A stretch of 64,000 nt of DNA from Eledone cirrhosa (lineage: Eukaryota). Location: the NCBI GenBank assembly GCA_964016885.1, contig OZ024743.1:130014001-130078000 (forward strand). The letters are read 5' to 3'. Made by a program: the position numbers and the translations under genes. Below are positions 10,301-21,699 of the stretch, one piece after another (the stretch's first letter is position 1; each line of letters begins with the position of its first letter). Under the pieces are notes generated by a model, which saw only the letters and a program-made list of their open reading frames with translations, was not told the origin of the DNA and searched no databases.

Positions 10301-13300
10301 CTGTTTGGTGTTTGGTGTTTGGTGTTTGATGTTTGCTGTTTGGTGTCTGCTTTTTGGTGTTTGGTGTTTGATGTTTGGTGTTTGGTCTCTGGTGCTTGGT
10401 GTTTGGTGCTTCGTGCTTGGTGTTTGGTGTTTGGTGCTTGGTGCTTGGTCCTTGGTGCCTGGTGCTTGTTTTTTGGTGATTGGTGCTTGGTTTTTGCTGT
10501 TTGCTGTTTGCTGTTTGCTGTTTGCTGTTTGGTGTTTGGTGCTTGGTGATTGGTGCTTGGTGTTTGGTGCTTGGTGCTTGGTGTTTGGTGCTTGGTGCTT
10601 GGTGTTTGATGTTTGGTGCTTGGTGCCTGGTGCTTGTTGTTTGGTACTTGGTGCTTGGTGTTTGGTGTTTGGTGTTTGGTGTTTGGTGCTTGGTGTTTGG
10701 TGTTTGGTGTTTGGTGCGAGGTGCTTGGTGTTTGGTATTTGGTGCTTGGTTCTTGGTGCTTGGTGTTTGGTGTTTGGTGTTTGGTGTTTGGTGCGTGGTG
10801 CTTGGTGTTTGGTGCTTGGTGATTGGTGCTTGGTGTTTGATGCTTGGTGTTCGATGCTTGGTGCTTGGTGCTTGGTGTTTGGTGCTTGGTGCTTGGTATT
10901 TGGTTCTTGGTGCTTGGTGCTTGGTCCTTGGTGTTTGGTGTTTAGTGCTTGGTGCTTGGTGCATTGTGATTAGTGTTTGGTGCTTGGTGCTTGGGGTTTG
11001 GTGTTTGGTGCTTGGTGTTTGGTGTTTGGTGTTTGGTGTTTGGTGCGTGGTGCTTGGTGTTTGGTGCTTGGTGCTTGGTGCTTGGTGTTTGGTGCTGCAT
11101 GCTTGGTGTTTGGTGCTTGGTGCTTGGTGTTTGGTGTTTGGTGCTTGGTGTTTGGTGCTTGGGTTTGGTTTTTGGTGCTAGGTGCTTGGTGCTTGGTGTT
11201 TGGTGCTTGGTGTTTGGTGTAAGGTGCTTGGTGCTTGGGGCTTGGTGTTTGGTGCTTGGTGCTTGGTGTTTGGTGCTTGGTGCTTGGTGTTTGGTGTTTG
11301 GTATTTGGTGCTTGGTGCTTGGTGTTTGGTGCTTGGTGCTTGGTGCTGGGTGGTTGGTGTTTGGTGCTTGGTGCTTGGTGTTTGGTGCTTGGTGCTTGGT
11401 GTTTGGTGCTTGGTGCTTGGTCTTCGGTGCTTGGTGTTTGGTGTTTGGTGCTTGGTGCTTGGTGATTAGTGTTTGGTGCTTGGTGCTTGGGGTTTGGTGT
11501 TTGGTGCTTGGTGCTTGGTGTTTGGTGCTTGGTACTTGGTGTTTGGTGCTTTGTGTTTGGTGTTTGCTGTTTGCTGTTTCGTGTTTGGTGTTTGGTGTTT
11601 GCTGTATGGTGTTTGCTGTTTGGTGTTTGGTGTTTGCTGTTTGGTGTTTGGTCTTTGGTGCTTGGTGCTTGGTGCTTGGTGCTTGGTGTTTGGTGTTTGG
11701 TGCTTGGTGCTTGGTGTTTGGTGTTTAGTGCTTGGTGCCTGGTGCTTGTTGTTTGGTGATTGGTTCTTGGTGTTTGCTGTTTGCTGTTTGGTGTTTGGTG
11801 TTTGCCGTTTGGTGTTTGGTGCTTGGTGCTTGGTGCTTGGTGTTTGGTGCTTGGCGTTTGGTGCTTGGTGTTTGGTGTTTGGTGCCTGGTACTTGTTCTT
11901 TGGTGCTTGGAGCTTGGTGTTTGGTGTTTGGTGTTTGGTGTTTAGTGCTTGGTGTTTGGTGTTTGGTGCTTGGTGCTTGGTGTTTGGTGTTTGGTGCTTG
12001 GTGCATGGTGCTTGGTGTTTGGTGTTTGGAGCTTGGTGTTTGGTGCTTGGAGCTTGGTGCTTCGGGTTTGGTGCTTGGTGCTTGGTGCTTGGTGCTTGGT
12101 GTTTGGTGCTTGGTGTTTGGTGTTTGGTGCTTGGTGTTTGGTGCTTGGTGCTTGGTGTTTGGTGCATGGTGCTTGGTGCTTGGTGTTTGTCGCTTGGGGC
12201 TTGGTGCTTGGTGTTTGGTGCTTGGTGTTTGGTGTTTGGTGCTTGGTGCTTGGTGCTTGGTGTTTGGTGTTTGGTGTTTGGTGTTTGCTGTTTGGTGTTT
12301 GCTGTTTGGTGTTTGCTGTTTGGTGTTTGGTGTTTGCTGTTTGCTGTTTGCTGTTTCCTGTTTGGTGTTTGGTGCTTGGTGCTTGGTGTTTGGTGCTTGG
12401 TACTTGGTGTTTGGTGTTTGGTGCTTGGTGCCTGGTGCTTGATGTTTGGTGCTTGGTGCTTGGTGTTTGGTGTTTGGTGTTTTTTGCTTGGTGTTTGGTG
12501 CTTGGTGTTTGGTGTTTGCTGCTTGGTGCTAGGTGTTTGGTGTTTGGTGCTTGGTGCTTGGTGTTTGCTGTTTGCTGTTTGCTGTTTGCTGTTTGCTGTT
12601 TGGTGTCTGCTTTTTGGTGTTTGGTGTTTGCTGTATGGTGTTTGATGTTTCGTGTTTGGTGTTTGCTGTTTGCTGTTGTGAGTTTGCTGTTTGCTGTTTG
12701 GTGTTTGGTGCTTGGTGCATGGTGCTTGGTGTTTGGTGTTTGGTGCTTGGTGTTTGGTGTCTGGTGTTTGGTGCTTGGTGTTTAGTGTTTGGTGCTTGGT
12801 GCTTGGTGTTTGGTGTTTGGTGCTTGGTGCTTGGTGTTTGGTGTTTGGTGCTTGGTGTGTTGTGTATGGTGCTTAGTGCTTGGTGTTTGGTGCTTGGTGC
12901 AGGGTGCTTGGTGTTTGGTGCTTGGTGCTTGGTGCTTGGTGTTTGGTGCTTGGTGCTTGGTGTTTGGTGCTGCGTGCTTCGTGTTTGGTGCTTCGTGCTG
13001 GGTGCTTGGTGCTTGGTGTTTGGTGTTTGGTGTTTGATGCTTGGTGCTTGGTGCTTGGTGTTTGGTGTTTGGTGCTTGGTGCTTGGTGTTTGGTATTTGA
13101 TGCTTGGTGTTTGATGCTTGATGCTTGGTGCTTGGTGTTTGGTGCTTGGTGTTTGTACTTGGTGCTTGGTGCTTAGTGCTTGGTGTTTGGTGCTTGGTGC
13201 TTGGTGCCTGGTGTTTGGTGCTTGGTGTTTGGTGCTTGGTGTTTGGTGCTTGGTTCTTGGTGTTTGGTGCTTGGTGTTTGGTGCTTGGTGCTTGGTGTTT

Positions 13301-16300
13301 GGTGTTTGGTGCTTGGTGCTTAGTGCTTGGTGCTTGGTGTTAGGTGTTTGGTGCTTGGTGCTTGGTGTTTTGTGCTTGGTGCTTGGTGTTTGGTGCTTGG
13401 TGCTTGGTGTTTGGTGCTTGGTGCCTGGTGCTTGGTGTTTGGTGCTTGGTGCTTGGTGTTTGGTGTTTGGTGCTTGGTGCTTGGTGTTAGGTGTTTGGTG
13501 CTTGGTGCATGGTGTTTGGTGTTTGGTCCTTGGTGCTTGGTGTTTGGTGCTTGGTGCTTGGTGTTTGTTGTTTGGTGCTTTCTGCTTGCTGCTTGGTGTT
13601 TGGTGCTTTATGCTTGGTGTTTGGTTCTTGGTGTTTGGTGTTTGGTGTTTGATGCTTGGTGTTTGATGCTTGGTGCTTGGTGCTTGGTGTTTGGTGCTTG
13701 GTGCTTGGTGTTTGTACTTGGTGCTTGGTACTTGGTTCTTGGTGTTTGGTGTTTGGTGCTTGGTGTTTGGTGCTTGGTGCTTGGTGTTTGGTGTTTGCTG
13801 CTTGGTGTTTGGTGCTTGGTGCTTGGTGTTTGGTGCTTGGTGTTTGGTGTTTGGTGTTTGGTGCTTGGTGCTTGGTGTTTGGTGCTTGGTGCTCGGTGCT
13901 GGGTGGTTGGTGTTTGGTGCTTGGTGTTTGGTGCTTGGTGCTTGGTGCTTGGTGTTTGGTGCTTGGTGCTTGGTGCTTGGTCTTTGGTGCTTGTTGTTTG
14001 GTGCTTGGTGCTTGGTGCTTGGTGTTTGGTGCTTGGTGCTTGGTGATTAGTGTTTGGTGCTTGGTGTTTGGTGTTTGGTGCTTGGTGTTTGGTGGTTGGT
14101 ACTTGGTGTTTGGTGCTTGGTGTTTGGTGTTTGCTGTTTGCTGTTTGCTGTTTGCTGTTTGCTGTTTGGTGCTTGGTGATTGGTGCTTGGTGTTTGGTGC
14201 TTGGTGCTTGGTGTTTGGTGCTTGGTGCTTGGTGTTTGGTGCTTGGTGCTTGGTGCTTGGTGTTTGGTGCTTGGTGTTTGGTGTTTGGTGCTTGGTGCTT
14301 GGTGCTTGGTGTTTGGTGTTTGGTGTTTGGTGTTTGCTGTTTGGTGTTTGCTGTTTGGTGTTTGCTGTTTGGTGTTTGGTGTTTGCTGTTTGCTGTTTGC
14401 TGTTTCCTGTTTGGTGTTTGGTGCTTGGTGCTTGGTGTTTGGTGCTTGGTACTTGGTGTTTGGTGTTTGGTGCTTGGTGCCTGGTGCTTGATGTTTGGTG
14501 CTTGGTGCTTGGTGTTTGGTGTTTGGTGTTTTTTGCTTGGTGTTTGGTGCTTGGTGTTTGGTGTTTGCTGCTTGGTGCTAGGTGTTTGGTGTTTGGTGCT
14601 TGGTGCTTGGTGTTTGCTGTTTGCTGTTTGCTGTTTGCTGTTTGCTGTTTGGTGTCTGCTTTTTGGTGTTTGGTGTTTGCTGTATGGTGTTTGATGTTTC
14701 GTGTTTGGTGTTTGCTGTTTGCTGTTGTGAGTTTGCTGTTTGCTGTTTGGTGTTTGGTGCTTGGTGCATGGTGCTTGGTGTTTGGTGTTTGGTGCTTGGT
14801 GTTTGGTGTCTGGTGTTTGGTGCTTGGTGTTTAGTGTTTGGTGCTTGGTGCTTGGTGTTTGGTGTTTGGTGCTTGGTGCTTGGTGTTTGGTGTTTGGTGC
14901 TTGGTGTGTTGTGTATGGTGCTTAGTGCTTGGTGTTTGGTGCTTGGTGCAGGGTGCTTGGTGTTTGGTGCTTGGTGCTTGGTGCTTGGTGTTTGGTGCTT
15001 GGTGCTTGGTGTTTGGTGCTGCGTGCTTCGTGTTTGGTGCTTCGTGCTGGGTGCTTGGTGCTTGGTGTTTGGTGTTTGGTGTTTGATGCTTGGTGCTTGG
15101 TGCTTGGTGTTTGGTGTTTGGTGCTTGGTGCTTGGTGTTTGGTATTTGATGCTTGGTGTTTGATGCTTGATGCTTGGTGCTTGGTGTTTGGTGCTTGGTG
15201 TTTGTACTTGGTGCTTGGTGCTTAGTGCTTGGTGTTTGGTGCTTGGTGCTTGGTGCCTGGTGTTTGGTGCTTGGTGTTTGGTGCTTGGTGTTTGGTGCTT
15301 GGTTCTTGGTGTTTGGTGCTTGGTGTTTGGTGCTTGGTGCTTGGTGTTTGGTGTTTGGTGCTTGGTGCTTAGTGCTTGGTGCTTGGTGTTAGGTGTTTGG
15401 TGCTTGGTGCTTGGTGTTTTGTGCTTGGTGCTTGGTGTTTGGTGCTTGGTGCTTGGTGTTTGGTGCTTGGTGCCTGGTGCTTGGTGTTTGGTGCTTGGTG
15501 CTTGGTGTTTGGTGTTTGGTGCTTGGTGCTTGGTGTTAGGTGTTTGGTGCTTGGTGCATGGTGTTTGGTGTTTGGTCCTTGGTGCTTGGTGTTTGGTGCT
15601 TGGTGCTTGTTGTTTGTTGTTTGGTGCTTTCTGCTTGCTGCTTGGTGTTTGGTGCTTTATGCTTGGTGTTTGGTTCTTGGTGTTTGGTGTTTGGTGTTTG
15701 ATGCTTGGTGTTTGATGCTTGGTGCTTGGTGCTTGGTGTTTGGTGCTTGGTGCTTGGTGTTTGTACTTGGTGCTTGGTACTTGGTTCTTGGTGTTTGGTG
15801 TTTGGTGCTTGGTGTTTGGTGCTTGGTGCTTGGTGTTTGGTGTTTGCTGCTTGGTGTTTGGTGCTTGGTGCTTGGTGTTTGGTGCTTGGTGTTTGGTGTT
15901 TGGTGTTTGGTGCTTGGTGCTTGGTGTTTGGTGCTTGGTGCTCGGTGCTGGGTGGTTGGTGTTTGGTGCTTGGTGTTTGGTGCTTGGTGCTTGGTGCTTG
16001 GTGTTTGGTGCTTGGTGCTTGGTGCTTGGTCTTTGGTGCTTGTTGTTTGGTGCTTGGTGCTTGGTGCTTGGTGTTTGGTGCTTGGTGCTTGGTGATTAGT
16101 GTTTGGTGCTTGGTGTTTGGTGTTTGGTGCTTGGTGTTTGGTGGTTGGTACTTGGTGTTTGGTGCTTGGTGTTTGGTGTTTGCTGTTTGCTGTTTGCTGT
16201 TTGCTGTTTGCTGTTTGGTGCTTGGTGATTGGTGCTTGGTGTTTGGTGCTTGGTGCTTGGTGTTTGGTGCTTGGTGCTTGGTGTTTGTCGCTTGGGGCTT

Positions 16301-19300
16301 GGTGCTTGGTGTTTGGTGCTTGGTGTTTGGTGTTTGGTGCTTGGTGCTTGGTGCTTGGTGTTTGGTGTTTGGTGTTTGGTGTTTGCTGTTTGGTGTTTGC
16401 TGTTTGGTGTTTGCTGTTTGGTGTTTGGTGTTTGCTGTTTGCTGTTTGCTGTTTCCTGTTTGGTGTTTGGTGCTTGGTGCTTGGTGTTTGGTGCTTGGTA
16501 CTTGGTGTTTGGTGTTTGGTGCTTGGTGCCTGGTGCTTGATGTTTGGTGCTTGGTGCTTGGTGTTTGGTGTTTGGTGTTTTTTGCTTGGTGTTTGGTGCT
16601 TGGTGTTTGGTGTTTGCTGCTTGGTGCTAGGTGTTTGGTGTTTGGTGCTTGGTGCTTGGTGTTTGCTGTTTGCTGTTTGCTGTTTGCTGTTTGCTGTTTG
16701 GTGTCTGCTTTTTGGTGTTTGGTGTTTGCTGTATGGTGTTTGATGTTTCGTGTTTGGTGTTTGCTGTTTGCTGTTGTGAGTTTGCTGTTTGCTGTTTGGT
16801 GTTTGGTGCTTGGTGCATGGTGCTTGGTGTTTGGTGTTTGGTGCTTGGTGTTTGGTGTCTGGTGTTTGGTGCTTGGTGTTTAGTGTTTGGTGCTTGGTGC
16901 TTGGTGTTTGGTGTTTGGTGCTTGGTGCTTGGTGTTTGGTGTTTGGTGCTTGGTGTGTTGTGTATGGTGCTTAGTGCTTGGTGTTTGGTGCTTGGTGCAG
17001 GGTGCTTGGTGTTTGGTGCTTGGTGCTTGGTGCTTGGTGTTTGGTGCTTGGTGCTTGGTGTTTGGTGCTGCGTGCTTCGTGTTTGGTGCTTCGTGCTGGG
17101 TGCTTGGTGCTTGGTGTTTGGTGTTTGGTGTTTGATGCTTGGTGCTTGGTGCTTGGTGTTTGGTGTTTGGTGCTTGGTGCTTGGTGTTTGGTATTTGATG
17201 CTTGGTGTTTGATGCTTGATGCTTGGTGCTTGGTGTTTGGTGCTTGGTGTTTGTACTTGGTGCTTGGTGCTTAGTGCTTGGTGTTTGGTGCTTGGTGCTT
17301 GGTGCCTGGTGTTTGGTGCTTGGTGTTTGGTGCTTGGTGTTTGGTGCTTGGTTCTTGGTGTTTGGTGCTTGGTGTTTGGTGCTTGGTGCTTGGTGTTTGG
17401 TGTTTGGTGCTTGGTGCTTAGTGCTTGGTGCTTGGTGTTAGGTGTTTGGTGCTTGGTGCTTGGTGTTTTGTGCTTGGTGCTTGGTGTTTGGTGCTTGGTG
17501 CTTGGTGTTTGGTGCTTGGTGCCTGGTGCTTGGTGTTTGGTGCTTGGTGCTTGGTGTTTGGTGTTTGGTGCTTGGTGCTTGGTGTTAGGTGTTTGGTGCT
17601 TGGTGCATGGTGTTTGGTGTTTGGTCCTTGGTGCTTGGTGTTTGGTGCTTGGTGCTTGGTGTTTGTTGTTTGGTGCTTTCTGCTTGCTGCTTGGTGTTTG
17701 GTGCTTTATGCTTGGTGTTTGGTTCTTGGTGTTTGGTGTTTGGTGTTTGATGCTTGGTGTTTGATGCTTGGTGCTTGGTGCTTGGTGTTTGGTGCTTGGT
17801 GCTTGGTGTTTGTACTTGGTGCTTGGTACTTGGTTCTTGGTGTTTGGTGTTTGGTGCTTGGTGTTTGGTGCTTGGTGCTTGGTGTTTGGTGTTTGCTGCT
17901 TGGTGTTTGGTGCTTGGTGCTTGGTGTTTGGTGCTTGGTGTTTGGTGTTTGGTGTTTGGTGCTTGGTGCTTGGTGTTTGGTGCTTGGTGCTCGGTGCTGG
18001 GTGGTTGGTGTTTGGTGCTTGGTGTTTGGTGCTTGGTGCTTGGTGCTTGGTGTTTGGTGCTTGGTGCTTGGTGCTTGGTCTTTGGTGCTTGTTGTTTGGT
18101 GCTTGGTGCTTGGTGCTTGGTGTTTGGTGCTTGGTGCTTGGTGATTAGTGTTTGGTGCTTGGTGTTTGGTGTTTGGTGCTTGGTGTTTGGTGGTTGGTAC
18201 TTGGTGTTTGGTGCTTGGTGTTTGGTGTTTGCTGTTTGCTGTTTGCTGTTTGCTGTTTGCTGTTTGGTGCTTGGTGATTGGTGCTTGGTGTTTGGTGCTT
18301 GGTGCTTGGTGTTTGGTGCTTGGTGCTTGGTGTTTGATGTTTGGTGCTTGGTGCCTGGTGCTTGTTGTTTGGTACTTGGTGCTTGGTGTTTGGTGTTTGG
18401 TGTTTGGTGTTTGGTGCTTGGTGTTTGGTGTTTGGTGTTTGGTGCGTGGTGCTTGGTGTTTGGTATTTGGTGCTTGGTTCTTGGTGCTTGGTGTTTGGTG
18501 TTTGGTGCTTGGTGTTTGGTGGTTGGTGCTTGGTGTTTGGTGCTTGGTGATTGGTGCTTGGTGTTTGATGCTTGGTGTTCGATGCTTGGTGCTTGGTGCT
18601 TGGTGTTTGGTGCTTGGTGCTTGGTATTTGGTTCTTGGTGCTTGGTGCTCGGTCCTTGGTGTTTGGTGTTTAGTGCTTGGTGCTTGGTGCTTGGTGTTTA
18701 GTGCTTGGTGCTTGGTGCATTGTGATTAGTGTTTGGTGCTTGGTGCTTGGGGTTTGGTGTTTGGTGCTTGGTGTTTGGTGTTTGGTGTTTGGTGTTTGGT
18801 GCTTGGTGCTTGGTGTTTGGTGCTGCATGCTTGGTGTTTGGTGCATGGTGCTTGGTGTTTGGTGCTTGGTGTTTGGTGCTTGGGTTTGGTTTTTGGTGCT
18901 AGGTGCTTGGTGCTTGGTGTTTGGTGCTTGGTGTTTGGTGCATGGTGCTTGGTGTTTGGTGCTTGGTGCTTGGTGCTGGGTGGTTGGTGTTTGGTGCTTG
19001 GTGCTTGGTGTTTGGTGCTTGGTGCTTGGTGCTTGGTGTTTGGTGCTTGGTGCTTGGTCTTTGGTGCTTGGTGTTTGGTGTTTGGTGCTTGGTGCTTGGT
19101 GATTTGTGTTTGGTGCTTGGTGCTTGGGGTTTGGTGTTTGGTGCTTGGTGCTTGGTGTTTGGTGCTTGGTACTTGGTGTTTGGTGCTTGGTGTTTGGTGT
19201 TTGCTGTTTGCTGTTTCGTGTTTGGTGTATGGTGTTTGCTGTTTCGTGTTTGGTGTTTGCTGTTTTGTATTTGGTGTTTGCTGTTTGGTGTTTGGTCTTT

Positions 19301-20017
19301 GGTGCTTGGTGCTTGGTGTTTGGTGTTTGGATCTTGGTGCTTGGTGCTTGTTGTTTGGTGATTGGTGCTTGGTGCTTGGTGTTTGGTGTTTGTTATTTGG
19401 TGCATGCTGCTTGGTGTCTGGTGCTTGGTGTTTGGTGTTTGGTGCTTGGTGCTTGGTGCTTGGTGTTTGGTGTTTGGTGTTTGGTGCTTGGTGCTTGGTG
19501 TTTGGTGCTTGGTGCTTGGTGTTTGGTGCTGCGTGCTTCGTGTTTGGTGCTTCGTGCTGGGTGCTTGGTGCTTGGTGTTTGGTGTTTGGTGTTTGATGCT
19601 TGGTGCTTGGTGCTTGGTGTTTGGTGTTTGGTGCTTGGTGCTTGGTGTTTGGTATTTGATGCTTGGTGTTTGATGCTTGATGCTTGGTGCTTGGTGTTTG
19701 GTGCTTGGTGTTTGTACTTGGTGCTTGGTGCTTAGTGCTTGGTGTTTGGTGCTTGGTGCTTGGTGCTTGGTGTTTGGTGCTTGGTGTTTGGTGCTTGGTG
19801 TTTGGTGCTTGGTTCTTGGTGTTTGGTGCTTGGTGTTTGGTGCTTGGTGCTTGGTGTTTGGTGTTTGGTACTTGGTGCTTGGTGCTTGGTGCTTGGTGTT
19901 AGGTGTTTGGTGCTTGGTGCTTGGTGTTTTGTGCTTCGTGCTTGGTGTTTGGTGCTTGGTGCTTGGTGTTTGGTGCTTGGTGCCTGGTGCTTGGTGTTTG
20001 GTGCTTGGTGCTTGGTG
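4317..20017 (+). repeat. Higher-order tandem duplication: 5.8-kb unit (about 4317-10115) and its expanded copy (about 10116-20017)
   Basis: Rare-variant patterns and the ORF track recur at offset 5799 (4404/10203), then 5792 after loss of one GCTGTTT monomer (5181/10973, 5674/11466, 7864/13656), then 9890/9889 = 5792 + 2x2049 (8258/18148, 9788/19677). Confidence 0.93.
12187..18333 (+). repeat. Three tandem copies of a 2049-bp higher-order unit (12187-14235, 14236-16284, 16285-18333) nested in the second 5.8-kb copy
   Basis: Identical ORF strings at 12533/14582/16631 and 12880/14929/16978. 2049 = 293x7 - 2, matching two 6-bp TTGTAC monomers per unit. The segment is single-copy (about 6395-8443) in the first 5.8-kb unit. 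Confidence 0.95.
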
Positions 20018-21699
20018 TTTGGTGTTTGGTGCTTGGTACTTGGTGTTAGGTGTTTGGTGCTTGGTGCTTGGTGCTTGGTGTTTGTACTTGGTGCTTGGTG
20101 CTTGGTGCTTGGTGTTTGGTACTTGGTTCTTGGTGTTTGGTGTTTGGTTCTTCGTGTTTGGTGCTTGGTGCTTGGTGTTTGGTGTTTGGTGCTTGGTGTT
20201 TGGTGCTTGGTGCTTGGTGTTTGGTGCTTGGTGCTTGGTGTTTGGTGTTTGGTGTTTGGTGCTTGGTGCTTGGTGTTTGGTGCTTGGTGCTTGGTGCTGG
20301 GTGGTTGGTGTTTGGTGCTTGGTGTTTGGTGCTTGGTGCTTGGTGCTTGGTGTTTGGTGCTTGGTGCTTGGTGCTTGGTCTTTGGTGCTTGGTGTTTGGT
20401 GCTTGGTGCTTGGTGCTTGGTGTTTGGTGCTTGGTGCTTGGTGATTAGTGTTTGGTGCTTGGTGCTTGGTGTTTGGTGTTTGGTGCTTGGTGTTTGGTGC
20501 TTTGTACTTGGTGTTTGGTGCTTGGTGTTTGGTGTTTGCTGTTTGCTGTTTGGTGTTTGGTGTTTGGTTTTTGATGTTTGCTGTTTGGTGTCTGCTTTTT
20601 GGTGTTTGGTTTTTGCTGTATGGTGTTTGTTGTTTCGTGTTTGGTGTTTGCTGTTTGGTGTTTGGTGTTTGATGTTTGGTGTTTGGTCTCTGGTGCTTGG
20701 TGTTTGGTGCTTGGTGCTTGGTGTTTGGTGTTTGGTGCTTGGTGCTTGGTCCTTGGTGCCTGGTGCTTGTTGTTTGGTGATTGGTGCTTGGTGTTTGCTG
20801 TTTGCTGTTTGCTGTTTGCTGTTTGCTGTTTGGTGTTTGGTGCTTGGTGATTGGTGCTTGGTGTTTGGTGCTTGGTGCTTGGTGTTTGGTGCTTGGTGCT
20901 TGGTGTTTGATGTTTGGTGCTTGGTGCCTGGTGCTTGTTGTTTGGTACTTGGTGCTTGGTGTTTGGTGTTTGGTGTTTGGTGCTTGGTGTTTGGTGTTTG
21001 GTGTTTGGTGCGAGGTGCTTGGTGTTTGGTATTTGGTGCTTGGTTCTTGGTGCTTGGTGTTTGGTGTTTGGTGCTTGGTGTTTGGTGGTTGGTGCTTGGT
21101 GTTTGGTGCTTGGTGATTGGTGCTTGGTGTTTGATGCTTGGTGTTCGATGCTTGGTGCTTGGTGCTTGGTGTTTGGTGCTTGGTGCTTGGTATTTGGTTC
21201 TTGGTGCTTGGTGCTTGGTCCTTGGTGTTTGGTGTTTAGTGCTTGGTGCTTGGTGCTTGGTGTTTAGTGCTTGGTGCTTGGTGCATTGTGATTAGTGTTT
21301 GGTGCTTGGTGCTTGGGGTTTGGTGTTTGGTACTTGGCGTTTGGTGTTTGGTGTTTGGTGTTTGGTGCGTGGTGCTTGGTGTTTGGTGCTTGGTGCTTGG
21401 TGCTTGGTGTTTGGTGCTGCATGCTTGGTGTTTGGTGCTTGGTGCTTGGTGTTTGGTGTTTGGTGCTTGGTGTTTGGTGCTTGGGTTTGGTTTTTGGTGC
21501 TAGGTGCTTGGTGCTTGGTGTTTGGTGCTTGGTGTTTGGTGTAAGGTGCTTGGTGCTTGGGGCTTGGTGTTTGGTGCTTGGTGCTTGGTGTTTGGTGCTT
21601 GGTGCTTGGTGTTTGGTGTTTGGTATTTGGTGCTTGGTGCTTGGTGTTTGGTGCTTGGTGCTTGGTGCTGGGTGGTTGGTGTTTGGTGCTTGGTGCTTG

